A stretch of DNA of 64,000 nt from Amoebidium appalachense (lineage: Eukaryota > Protista > Ichthyosporea): NCBI GenBank assembly GCA_963693365.1, contig CAVNZM010000005.1, positions 1,984,001 through 2,048,000 of the forward strand, read 5' to 3'. The notes beneath the pieces are model-generated. The model saw only the letters and a program-made list of their open reading frames with translations, was not told where the DNA came from and did no database searches. Every line of letters starts with the position of its first letter. Within the stretch, counting starts at the first letter, position 1. The position numbers and the translations under genes were made by a program. This document shows positions 17,312 through 29,849 of this stretch, piece after piece.

Positions 17312-19629
17312 GTCCTCAAGGGTTTGTATGGGTAGAAACAAAAAAGTTAATGAACTTCACATTCCGCATCCCTTGGTTGCATGGTCCATTATTCTTTCTT
17401 CATCCCCCCCCCCCCCCTCGTCCCTCCCTGCGGACCACCACCAAAGGAAAAAACCACAGGATCTCTCATCTCGCAGGCCCATCATCCAAACCCCATCCAC
17501 TTTCTCCGCGCCCATATTCAGACACCACAAGCAGGCACACACCCTTCTCAATGTCGACGTGCACGACCTCGCCGACATCCATGCCGCAGAAGTAGTTGTG
17601 TGTGGGCAGGGTTGACAGCTTGCCGTAGGTGTCCACAAATGCCATGTATTCCTCGGTGACCTTGGGGTACATGACGTAGTTCATGACGTCAGTGTCCTTG
17701 ATCTTCTGCTGAGGGAACATGTCCTTGAGCTTGACCTCGGCGGCCTCAAAGTCGTAGCTGGGCATCTCGGCACCGGGGCGACCGTTGACCTTGGGCGCAC
17801 CCTTGAGGATCTGTGTGTGTGTGTGCGTGTGTGTGTTGGGAGGGGGGAGGGAGGGGGAGGGGGAGGGGGGGGGGGGGGGGGGGAGGGGAGGGGGGGGAGG
17901 GAGGGGGATTAGAATGCGTTACGGAGTACGAAATATTTGTTTACAACGGATAACACCATGGAGTGTGTGGGCGCACGTGTAAGTATAGGGATATGGAATT
18001 AATGCACCTGGACAAATACTGCAGCCCCATCACTAATATGACTAGGACGGAAGTATGCACCAGCGCCACCAGGGGAGGGGGGGGGGGGGGGGGGGGGGTT
18101 TTGAATGCGGAACACGGTACGAAGTACGCATACACGATGAGAAGCATGGTGCAGGACACATGCAAAGGCAAACATTCAAGTACGCAACATCAGCCATGCG
18201 CACAGTATGCGTCATAAGCAGAGCCCATCCTCAGGGAGGGCCCAAGTCATCAATTGCGTCTGAGTTTCGACCCCTTAGCCCGCGTATATACGACTCTCCA
18301 ACTCAGACAGCAGCATCAACTGAACTTGGGAGGGTCAACCCGTCTTGATCAAAGACGAGCAGGGTTGCTTATGCAAGCAAGGTGAGCAAAACGGTGAAGA
18401 TGTGTGTGCAAACTAAAGCAGTGCAGCGAAAAATGCGTATGTGCTTACAGATGCACGACACAGAGCAACCATGCCCGGTTGCATGGAAGTAAAGCGGTCT
18501 CCACACAGTGGTCTGTCCTGAAAGGACACCTCGGGGGGGATGCATTTTGAAGTACCAGGGACATAATCTTAATGGGCATCACCACATTGCAGAGTGCAAA
18601 CCACAGGCACAGGCACAGGCACAGGCACAGGGGGAGGGGGGGGGGGGGGGTTTGAATGCGTCAAAAAGTACGAAGTACACAAGAACAAACGGATAACACG
18701 ATGCAGAATGCAAGCCATGCATAAAGAGTATGCATAATAAGCAGAGCCCATCCTCAGGGGGGGCCCACGTCATCGGGGGGGGGGGGGGGGGGGGTTTGAA
18801 TGCGGAACACAGTACGAAGTACGCATAGACGATGAGAAGCATGATGCAGGACACATGCAAAGGCAAACATTCAAGTATGCAGCATCAGCCATGCGCACAG
18901 TATGCGTCATAAGCAGAGCCCATCCTCAGGGAGGGCCCAAGTCATCAATTGTGGGGGGGGGGGGGCACAAATGCGTGCAGCAATGAGAGAAACATTGGGA
19001 CTTACCCTGCCACGGAGGGGTTCGGGGAAGCCACCGGGGGGCTCACCAAGGTAGCCCTGTAAAAGATAACGGGTCAGTACCAATTGTAGCCTCTATCGGC
19101 CCCACCAATCTCTTTTCACATCAGCACCTGCCCAAGCTCTACAGCCCATATCATCTTTCCACTCCACCATAGGCCAAAGGTGATACAAGCAACTCATGCC
19201 TTGCTCCCCCCCCCCCCTCTCCCCCCCCGGCCACCGAGCATGAAACCCACTACACAAAACTATCACTGATTCCCATATGGTTTTTTCTTATTTTCGTGTG
19301 TCCACTATGCACCCACCCACCTGCATGTACTCCACAACGGACGAGGGGAACGACAGCTCTGAGGCCTTCTCGACGAGGGCATCAGCTGTGAGGTTGTTCT
19401 GCACCATGAACTGGGCCAGGTCACCAACAACCTGCAATGAAATAGGTCAGTGCCCTGCACATGCTGTGTGGGCCGTGGGCTACCCAGCTCTACGTGTAGG
19501 TGTAGATGCATGTGTCACTTGGCTATCGCAAACATCAACTCTTAAAAGGAGTACAGGGTGTACAAATCAAAGAAGAACGGCGGCGGGGGGAGGGGGGGGG
19601 GGGGGGGGGGAGGAGGGTGTTGTTCCACG

Positions 19630-19676
<47 letters not shown>

Positions 19677-20768
19677 AAAAGAGTAGGGGGCTCAAACATG
19701 CATCCCAGCAAAGGGCACGTTACCTTTGAGCTGGGGGTGACCTTGGGAATATCGCCAAACAGTTGGTTTGCCTCGGTGTATGAGCGGGTGATCTCCTTCC
19801 ACTTGTGGGCAAGGCCCAGGCTGTGGGCCTGGAAGTGCAGGTTGGTGTACTGGCCTCCCGGAATCTCGTGCACGTACACATCGGCACTGCCCGTCTTCAT
19901 GGTGGCCGTGGCCTCGAAGGGTGCATATTGGCCGCGCACCTGCTCCCAGTACAGGGACACGTTGGAGATGGCGTCCAGATCCATGCCTGTGTCCAGAGGC
20001 GAGTTCTGCAGGGCGGCAACAAGCGCACCCATGCTGGGCTGTGACGTCATGCCGGACATGGAGTCGACAGCGGCATCAACAACATCGGCACCGGCATAGG
20101 CACACTTGAGCATGGCCGCAACACCTGTAAAATGATGGGGAGGGTTAGCATGTACACGGGGCGGTCAAAGTGAGGGGCACAGGGGGAGGCTCTGAGGAGA
20201 AAAGGTGGTAGTGGTTGGGGGCGTTTGGGGGGGGGGGAGGGATGGAGGGAGGGGGGGCAGGCTTCAGGCATGCATTACACACATCACTACACAAGGAGGG
20301 ATTCCGGCGGATGCATAAACACACAAGGAGCAAACATACGAGAGGGGAGATGTATGTGTGTGGTGGTGGTGAGGGGGAGGGATGTATGCAGGAAGTGGGG
20401 AAAAGTACCGTTTCCGGAGGTGTCGTGTGTGTGGACGTGGATGGGCAGGTCTGGGTACTCGTTGCGCAGGGCACCAATCAGCATCTTAGCGGCCTGGGGC
20501 TTGAGCACGCCGGCCATGTCCTTGATGCAGAGCACGTGGATGCCGGCCTTCTTGAGGTCCCCGGCCAGCTGCAGGTAGTAGTCCAGGTTGTACTTGGTCC
20601 GGCTGGGGTCTACGCGCATACGTTAGCATTTGTCAGTCGAAAACTTTGTTCTGTGCACGGGTGGATGGGTGATTGCGATGGTAGTGGTGGTGCATGTGTG
20701 TGTGTATGGAATAGGGGCGGGGGGTGGGGGGGGGGGGGGGGGGAAGAGATGCAAAGGGAAGCAGGGAG

Positions 20769-20806
<38 letters not shown>

Positions 20807-21281
20807 TAATCCCCCCCCAAAAAAAGCCTCCATGCTCCACATCCCCCAAGCACCTAGATTCAAAACCCAAGGGTGAAAGAATGACAATGGCACAGGTCAG
20901 GGGCAGGCCTCATACCGGAGACATCGCCAGTGTAAGAGATTGCACCCTCGACCACACCGCCAGCAGCACCAGCAGCATCAATGCCCAGTTGCAGGTTGGG
21001 CAGGTAGTTGAGGGAGTCGAACACACGGAAGATGTCCTGGATTGGTTCAAGTGTTAAAAGAGGTTTTGGGCACGCACGTCTACAAATGGATCAGAGGTGT
21101 TTTCAAAAGAATGACATTAGTGAAGCAAGGGCTGGGTAGAATACCACCAGTAAGGAGACGACAGTTCTTACAAATAAATATCTTATACAGATGCCCAGCG
21201 GATGCTTTGAAGCTGCAGACGTGCAGAGCAAAGGTTTCATTCATCGCAAGGCAGGAGGTGTGTGTGTGTGTGTGCGTGTGT

Positions 21282-21339
<58 letters not shown>

Positions 21340-23863
21340 GTGTACCATGCCATGCTGGGCAGCCATGGCGCAGAACTTGTAGACCACATTGTCGGGGTAG
21401 CTGGTGTAGCCAACAGCATTGGCACCACGCAGCAGCATCTAGAGAGGTGCATGTGGTGAGTAATGAGGAAGATAAACGTTTATGGGGTGAAGGGCGGGCG
21501 GACAATTCTGAGGTTTGGGTGGACATAACATAATTTACCTATAGTAGAGAAAAGTTAACAGGTGGTGACAGGGAAGAATTTCAGGGAGGGGGGGGGGGGG
21601 GGGGGGGGATGTGATTCTATCCAGCAATCAATCTAGCTGTACGAGAAGCAAAAGATTCCCCGTGTAAGGTTGTGTGTGCATGTGTATATGTGCATAAAGG
21701 TTTACGTGCAAAAACCTCTTTTTCCACAGTGGTTTACGTGCAAAAAGGTCTTTTCCAGTGTGTGAGTGTCCGTGTTTCCTGTCTGGCAGGTTACCTGGAA
21801 GGGGATGTTGGGGATGATCTCCCTCATCTGGTCGAGGCGCTCCCACGGGCACTCCCTCAGGAAGCGCAGGGCCACATCATAGGTGGCACCACCCCAGTTC
21901 TCCAGACTGTAGCAGCCGGCCATGGTGCGCGCAGTGTACGGGGCAATCTTGAGCAGGTCACGTGTGCGCACACGTGTGGCAAGGAGGGACTGGTGCGCAT
22001 CACGCATGGTCGTGTCTGTAGTTGAAGGGAGAAGGGTGGGGTGGGGGGGTGGGCGGGTCAGAAGGCACGTACTGATAAACAGTACACTGTATCATTGCAT
22101 ATATATTCGTTAAAGAAATGGAGTTCTCGATGTCGGGGGCGCGGGGGGAGGGGGGGGGGGGGGGGGAGACGCTCATTTGCTGTACTTTTTCAACACCAAG
22201 TGCAAAGCCACCCTAGGTTGCATGGAACCATTGAACTGAGCGGGGACTGCAACCCACCGCTCTAATTTTGAGAGAAAGACACCAACCACAGCACCCAGTT
22301 CCATATTTCGCCCGTATTCAGCATATCTTTTACAGATACATACGTCTTGCCCACATACGCATGGGGCACCTACCCATCAGCATCAGGTGTTTCTGTGCAC
22401 GCACGTGACGGGCAAACCCCTCAGGGCCCTCTGTCTTGAGTACCTCCTTGAGCCCACGAGGGGGTTTTGAGCCCAGGGGCACGGGGGGGATCATGGGGGG
22501 GTACTTGGACGGCTTGACGTTGGTGCCGAGGGGAGTAAGGGGCCCTGTGGATGTATATGGTGGGGGTGGTGAGCTGAGAGAACTGAAGGGAGAATAATGG
22601 ATGTCTTGGGTCACGCGAAAGAGTGCAAACGCTCTTGTGCAGAAAATCTTAGGCTGTGTGTGTAGAGAAATCCGTGTCTCTAGTTGCACGCTGCAGCCGA
22701 AAACAGCTACCTTAATGATTTACCTTATACCATTAATAAGTTTTACACAAGGGACAGGGGAGGTCAAACATTACCAAAGAATGAAAACGGCAAGTGTGTC
22801 TGTGTGGGAAAGTGGTGATTGGGGTGAGAGGGGGGGGGGGGGTTGTATACCGTTGGCATTGACCTCAGCCAGGTAGTAGAGCAGCTTCTGGGCACGGTTT
22901 TGGCTGCCGGCAATGTGGAACAGCTCGGGGTTCTCCTCCATGAACCTGCATCATACATGCACTTGTCAAACACAACACAAGACGAACAAGAGGAAACTGA
23001 GAGCCCGTGGAGAGTTCTTTACACATTTGGCTCCCCTTCAAATTTTCTAGCCCATCAGTCTTCCCTTCAAGACCTACTAACATACATCGTTGCCTTCCCC
23101 CTGCCCCCCACCCCCCTTCCATCCTTCCCACCCCTACCCACCCACCCACCCCACGCACACACAAACACTCACCTAGTGGTGACCTTGCCGTCGAGGAAAA
23201 CGGGGTGCCTGAGCACGTTCTTGAGGAAGGGAATGTTTGTCTTGACACCACGAACACGGAACTCGTTGAGTGAGCGGACCAGCTTGTGCGCAGCCATCTC
23301 GTGCGTCAGAGCACGGCCTGAGAGGGGGAATGGGGGTGAGTGGTTGGAGAGTAATTTAGGATTGGGACAAATTTCGCAAACAGGCTGAGAAACAAGCTGT
23401 CCTATGTGCAATTATGCTTGTTACGGTTAGGGTACCTTATCCATTAACCGTTTTCTAGAAAAAAGCAGTCGATTGAATTTTTTTTTACTTCAACTGTTCT
23501 AAAAGGTTTCTGATGGAGTAGAACATTTTGTAAGACCTTTTCCATGTGCTCCACTCGGGCACGCATAAAATGAACACGAACGGAAATCCAAAATCTCGAT
23601 GTCGACATTAGGGAACCAATCGAATTCAGTTCCCGTACTTACTAACGTCAGGACTGGATCTAACCAGAGCCAATGAAATCACCAGATCTGGTGTTCGGTT
23701 AATGGATGTTCAGTTGGAACATGAATCCACCCTACCCATTGTTACCCTGCAGAAAGGTGGGTTTAACCATGTCTGCCAATCTTAGAATGCATTCCTGATG
23801 GGGGTAGGCGAGTAGGCAGGTGTGTGTGTCTGTGTGTGCGTGTGTGTATCTGTTTGTTGACGG

Positions 23864-23898
<35 letters not shown>

Positions 23899-24011
23899 CT
23901 GACCTGGAGCTAGCACACAAGAAAAGATAAGCAAACAAGAAGGGTCATCGACAATGTTTGTGCTTGTTTTTACGCCGAGGTAGATGGGGGGAAGGGGGTA
24001 GAATGTGTTAT

Positions 24012-24046
<35 letters not shown>

Positions 24047-25424
24047 AGGGAGGGGGGGAGGGGGCGGCAGGGCAAACATACCGGTGACCTTGACCAGCAG
24101 GGAGTCATAGTAGGGGCTGATCTTTGCCCCGGCAAAGCCCGAGCCACCGTCCAGACGGATGCCCATGCCCTCGCCCGTGCGGAACACCTCCAGCCTGCCC
24201 GTGTCGGGCTGGAAGTTGTTGAGGGGGTCCTCGGTGGTCACACGGCACTGAATCGCAGCACCTGTACACAACCAGTCAGACATTGTTCACAGCGCATGAA
24301 GTACACACGTAGTCTGCCCTTGCCATCTACATGCTGCCCCCCCCCCCCCCCCCCCCACACACACACACATGCGCGCATGTCCGTACATTTACCCACTCCT
24401 GCCTGAGCAGCTCAGCCACTCCTTCTTCCCCCCGCTCCTCCCCCCCCCCCCCCCCCCCCCTGAACACCCCTTGTGTTCACTTGGCACCCATCTCATAACA
24501 ACCCAACCATCCCATGCCGCCCAGCAAACCATCAACCAATCAAAACGCACCAAGCAGGTGGATGTCCGGCTGGGTCAGGCCCAGGTCGGCCAGGCTGGCA
24601 CCAGAGGCAATCTTAATCTGGGACTGCACAAGATCCACGCCCGTCACCTCCTCCGTCACCGTGTGCTCCACCTGCAATGCCCCCCCAAGTCAATGTGCAT
24701 CCACACATTACCAGCCATCACATATATTAGCCCCTAGCCGTTCGCCCATGCATTTATCATCATTTTCAAAAATAAATGCATCAGCGACCTTTGAAAATAA
24801 ATAGCGCCTGACGTGTAATAGTCATGACGCCAGGAATTTCTGCCTAACTTCATATATGTTTTCTACTTTCGAAAAACACCAAAAAAAAAAAAACAGGGTC
24901 GGCTATGTCTTTCTGTTTCTTGTGGGTGTTCTGCCTAGCTGTGTCTATATTTTCAGCGAGCGGCCCCTCAATTTTCGAACACTGGTGGCAAGAGGATGCC
25001 CGGGATTCACAGATTCCAACCCTGGAATCGATCGGCTGATAAGTGCATCAATCCGATTTGCTGAGGTCTTTACGGGGATTCATAACTGTCTTGATAACGT
25101 AACATAACATAACTGTCTTGAAAGAAACCCCTCCGCGGTTGGCAGAATCGACACAAATCACGTGTTCATAACACGTGCGGACACATAGGAATACGCCGTT
25201 TTTTTTAGGGGGCACAAAGAAAGACATATGTACATGTGCTTGGTGCATTTTTGTCCACTTTGGCAGCCTTTAATGATTTTTTCCCCCATTTTTTCAAAGC
25301 TGGTCAATTTTGGCCTCCGGGCGAACTGCTCGGGTTTAAATGACATAATTCCTTAGCCCAACCCTACGGGCATATGGCTGTGCTGCTTCCGTTCCGTTAC
25401 CTTCAGTTTCCCAGTAAATCTAAG

Positions 25425-25458
<34 letters not shown>

Positions 25459-25537
25459 AAAAAAAGAAAAAAAAAAGAAAAAAAACCACCACCACCACCA
25501 CCCACCCACCCACCCCAAACACCCGCCCCCGTGATGG

Positions 25538-25596
<59 letters not shown>

Positions 25597-28500
25597 ACCC
25601 ATCCCCCTCCACCCCACCCTCACATGGTCATATCACACACACACACAGACACACACACAACCACGCATATGATTCAATCCCCTACACCGCACCCTCACAC
25701 CTCCATACCTGCAGACGTGCGTTGACCTCGATGAAGTAGTAGCTGCCATCCTCATCCACCAGGAACTCCACCGTGCCGGCATTGCAGTAGCCCGCCGTGC
25801 TGCACAGCTTGACGGCATCACGCGTCACAGCCTCACGCACATTCTCGTCAAGGTTGGGTGCAGGCGCAAGCTCAACCACCTGTGGGGGATGACAGTGTGT
25901 GAGCGTGTGCATGTGTTGGAATGGGAAGATAAAGAAATAGCCTTGGGTCGCTAGTTGGGTTTGTTGCGTGGGTGGGTGAGGGGATGCTGATGTGTGTGTG
26001 CTGTGTGTGTGTGTGTGTGTGTGTACGTGTGTGTGTGCTGAAGGCGGGGGCTGGGGCGGGGTGGGGTGGGGTGGGGGGTGGGGGTGGGGTGGGGTGGGGG
26101 GGGGGGGGGGGGAGATGCGGGAAGGTAACTAAAGGCAAAATGGTTCCTGTGGGGAGAAGGAAGTGGAGGAGAGCAAGAGGGCCGGGGGAAACGGGGGGGG
26201 GGGGGGGGGGTGAGGGCTTCAGGGCGTGAGGGTATGTGTCTGTTGGGGGGGAGGGTGGGTGGGAGGGGGGGGGGGGGGGGGGAGGGGGGACAATAATAAA
26301 CCGAAACGTTTACAAATGGCCAGCAAAGTCTACGGGTAGCACCACAAGCAATATGATATCTGAGTGGAAAAGGGTCGGAACGACAGTGTGTGTGTGTGTG
26401 TCCCGGGGGGAAGAGGGGCGTGGGGGGGGGGGGGGGGGGGGGGGGGGGGAGGGTAATCTGTCACCTTCTGGTGGCGGCGCTGGACGGAGCAGTCACGCTC
26501 AAACAGATGCACGACCTCACCGGTACCATCGGCCAGAATCTGCACCTCGATGTGGCGGGGCCGCTTGATGAACCGCTCAATGAACACGGCGCCGTTGCCG
26601 AATGCCTGCACAGGTGGGAGTTAGATGGGTCATGAAAGGTAGGCAGCCTGAATGGCACTGAACCGAAAGGATCCCAACAATTGGGGGGGGGGGGGATCGG
26701 GAATAGGGGGAAGGGAGGGGGGGGGGGGGAGGGGGAGGGGATGTTTGGGGGTAGGGGGAGGGGGGCCTTGCTGGACGAAAATGCAAAGGAGCAACTTCTA
26801 TAACTTCCGCACACTCCGTCCCCCCGCCCCTTCCCCCCCCCCCCCCACACACACACACACAAACACACACATACCGCCAGAGCCTCAGACGAAGCACGGT
26901 CATAGCCCTCCTGCAGCTCGGCAGCACTGTGCACCACACGCATACCACGTCCACCACCACCGTATGCGGCCTTAAAGATCAGAGGGTAGCCGTGTGCGTC
27001 GGCAAACTTCCTAGCCGATGCAAAGTCTGTCACGGGGCCGTCTGTGCCCGGGACCACAGGCACACCGGCACGGATGGCAAGCTGACGGGCCTCGGTCTTG
27101 TTGCCCATGCGGTCAACCTGTGCCGGGGGGAGGGGGGGGGGGGGGGGGGGGGAGGTTAGAACACATGGTGGGTGGTGACTAGGGTTGAGTATGTGGAAGA
27201 AGAGGGAAGAGGAGAGGAAGGGTCAAGGTTGAATAGGAGCTGGTGGGAATGGCATGTATTAATCGTCACTTGGATATCGGAGGTGCCTGTGATGATTCAT
27301 ATTCGGCGGGTTCCGGGCAGGGGAGAAGGAGGGAGAGAAGGGGGGAGGGGGTCCAAAGGAGCTTTAATATCAGAGGTACATCGATAGATTTGCTCAAAGA
27401 ATAAATAACTCCGGATGTGAGAGGAAATTAAGCAGGGCCAAGATGGGTCACGGGGGGAGGGGGGGGGGGGGGGGAGGGGGTTTGGGGTAGGCTACCAAGG
27501 AAGGCGAGAGGGAATGGGAGGGGGTAGGTGTGTGTGTGCTTTGTGTGTGTATTGCGGGCGGGGGGGGGGGGGGGGGGGAGGACTGTGGATAAAAAGCCAT
27601 TGAGAGTTCAGACGTGAAAGGATAGTGAAAAAGTCAATATATCTTACCACAGCGGGAGCGGGACCAACGAAGGTAATGCCGTTGTCATAGCAGGCTTGAG
27701 CAAAGTCGGCACGCTCAGACAGGAAACCGTAGCCGGGGTGGATACCGTCAGCCTTTGGGGTTAAGGTTAGAACCAGTACACAGGACACGTTAGAAGGAAT
27801 GGAACGAATGATAAGACCCCCTTAAACTTGCAAATAAATGGCCATGTGGGCTCGCTTGTTTCGACCAAACAAGAAGTTTATGATACAAGCAGTATACTTG
27901 TGTTTGCACCAGTACAGGAGGTGACCGGGGAGAGGGGGGGGGGGGGGGGGGAAGGGAGGGGGAAAGGAGGAAGGAAGTTCAGAATGGTTTGCAGCATACA
28001 TAGTACAGTGATAGACCTGCATGCAGAAAGTACCCATGGAGGTAAAAAGATCCCAGCGGGGGTAGGCGGAGTTTTGTAGTGGACGGGACATGCATGATAC
28101 TGAGGAGGGCGAGAAAAAGGATGAGATGCACTGGTGTAGTGGGGTTGGGTTGCAGGGGAAGGGATAGAAATGAAAGGTGTTGTGTGAGAAAGCATTCGCA
28201 ACCAAGAGGGGTATACGGGAAAGTCAAGAAGAAGGGGAAAGTTGACGACTGACCCCATGCTCTTTGGCAATGCGTATGATCTCATTGATGTCTAGGTAGG
28301 CATCGACTGGCTTCTTGCCCATGCCGATAACGTACGACTCGTCAGCCTTTTGCCTGTGCATTTGGCCTGCATCCTCGTTCGAGTAGATGCTCACGGTCTT
28401 GATGCCCATTTCGTGGGCTGCACGGAATACACGGATGGCGATCTCACCACGGTTAGCCACAAGAAGCTTGGTAATAGGTGCCTGCCTGACCCTGTTACCC

Positions 28501-28775
28501 AGACCCTGTGTTAATCTCTTGTGGTGATGCAGAGCTCAACCCTGCTTACTAAGCTTTTGGTTCACTAATGGCTCACAAGAAGACACCAGCGTATATCATT
28601 ATTATAGCGAGGACAAAGAGCATAAGGCAAAAGCAACCACTTACTTTTCGGTGTACACAGGGGTGGCCTCAGAGCTGTAGTAACGCATCAGCGCGGCCAT
28701 GTGGCGGGGTGCCTTGGCCAAGAGTGGCCTTGCGGCCAGCACGGCCGGGCGGGCACGACTCGCCAGGTGCTGCAT
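15896..28775 (-). CDS. PC: Pyruvate carboxylase with an N-terminal mitochondrial-type presequence, 22 coding exons, about 1196 aa
   Basis: Exons (minus): 28775-28645, 28491-28254, 27752-27648, 27117-26875, 26605-26465, 25879-25709, 24671-24551, 24261-24082, 23317-23173, 22945-22851, 22544-22374, 22015-21795, 21438-21346, 21036-20916, 20609-20409, 20124-19724, 19431-19321, 19056-19006, 17810-17543, 17213-17089, 16681-16526, 15997-15896. Total 3591 nt, all GT-AG. Biotin carboxylase motifs ([38 protein letters not shown]), carboxyltransferase motifs ([38 protein letters not shown]) and the biotin carrier motif AMKME. Confidence 0.98.
17908..18951 (-). mobile_element. Head-to-tail cluster of the same poly(C)-flanked repeat in PC intron 18
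   Basis: Copies at 18951-18795, 18774-18651, about 18605-18535 (degenerate), about 18345-18099 and about 17982-17908 (degenerate). The clear copies end GCATTCAAA + C-run. The copies ending at 18795 and 18099 differ at 5 of about 157 positions. Confidence 0.78.
23439..23707. mobile_element. MITE-like element in PC intron 8
   Basis: 12-bp inverted repeat ATCCATTAACCG / CGGTTAATGGAT. Internal blocks (GCATAAAATG.ACACGAA; GGGAACCAATCGA; ACGTCA.GACTGGATCT; CCAAT.A.ATCACC.GATCTG) are shared with 49415-49807. Confidence 0.6.
24731..25335. mobile_element. piggyBac-like non-autonomous element (MITE) in PC intron 6
   Basis: Terminal inverted repeats CCCCTAGCCGTTCGCCC and (reverse complement) ACCCGAGCAGTTCGCCC match at 14/17. 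Flanks are TTAG and TTAA. The interior is AT-richer, non-coding and lacks the usual intronic microsatellites. Confidence 0.65.
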
Positions 28776-29849
28776 TTTGACCTGCGGGGGGAAGGAAGGG
28801 GAAGAGGGGGGAAGGGGGGGGGTAAGAGGAGGAGGAGGCCCCCAAGAACAGGCAGCGATGCAAGACAAAAGAGATGTCAGCGTCTGGTCACCTTGCCTGC
28901 CTGATGCCTTATAGCACAGACCTTTTGCTGTTCTCGGCTATACAGAAATTTGAAATATAAAACCGGATATAGATGGTGACTGATAACCCTCTTTGAGCTA
29001 TGTAGCACAGCAGAGCAAAGGAACATGATAGTCAACCACGACGGATAAAAGAGTAGGGGATGCATGTGAACGATGTTGTACCTTGGAGCCAAAAAACTCC
29101 ACTAAGTTAGTCCTCTTGAATGACCCCAAGCCTTGTCACCCTTCTCTTCTTCTCGCTTTCTTCTTGAAGTCCCCCCTTTGCCCAAACAAACTAGCAGGAA
29201 GTTGCAATTGAGGAAGAGTCGAAGGGTGCGGAAAGCGCAGACTGAAGTCCCAAAGGTTGCTGGGTCGGGAAAAAATACGGTGCCCTGTTTTTAGATTTCG
29301 AGTTAGTGACGAACGGTTGACGCGAGATGATTGGTTCAGGCGGTCGGATTACAGTTTGAAGCTTTGTTTTTCGCCTTTTTAGGCAACAGCAACACAAACT
29401 TTTTCAAAAAGTGGCGTGCTGTAACTGCTGTTGTGTAGCTTTGCACCCCTCTGACGGTGCTTTGCGATTGGATAATAAGTTGGCCCAATAGGAAATTAGA
29501 GGTTAAAACCCCTCCCCCAAACTCACATGAATTCCCCGATTCAATGGAGTCCATTTTTCACAGCTTCACAGGAGTTTGGATATGTTTTAAAAAGTGAATC
29601 TTCTACACGATATTTGCGTAATTACTTGCCGATATTATAAAAGAGACCAATTTAAATCAAAACTATAAAAAATAGCTAATAAGGGAGGATAGCCATCTCG
29701 TACTTGATTTGTGCTTTGCATACCGGAAAATTATGCAATGTAAGAGTCACGCTCTATGGGGATTCGACCAGCCAGTGCGGCGCGCCACCGGCCACAAATT
29801 TCTTCCGACTGCTTCTAGACTTGCCTAGAGGCCAGAAGGTCAGGACAGA

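Noticed and set aside
18215-18256. SECIS element in the poly(C)-flanked repeat (ATGAC followed by a stem-loop)
   Set aside because: There is no 3' GA of the kink-turn quartet and no apical AA, and the location is intronic.
28492-28510. Apparent frameshift in PC at the first AG of intron 1
   Set aside because: The next AG 14 nt downstream (AACAG|G at 28491) restores the frame, and the first AG is too close to the TTAAC branch motif.
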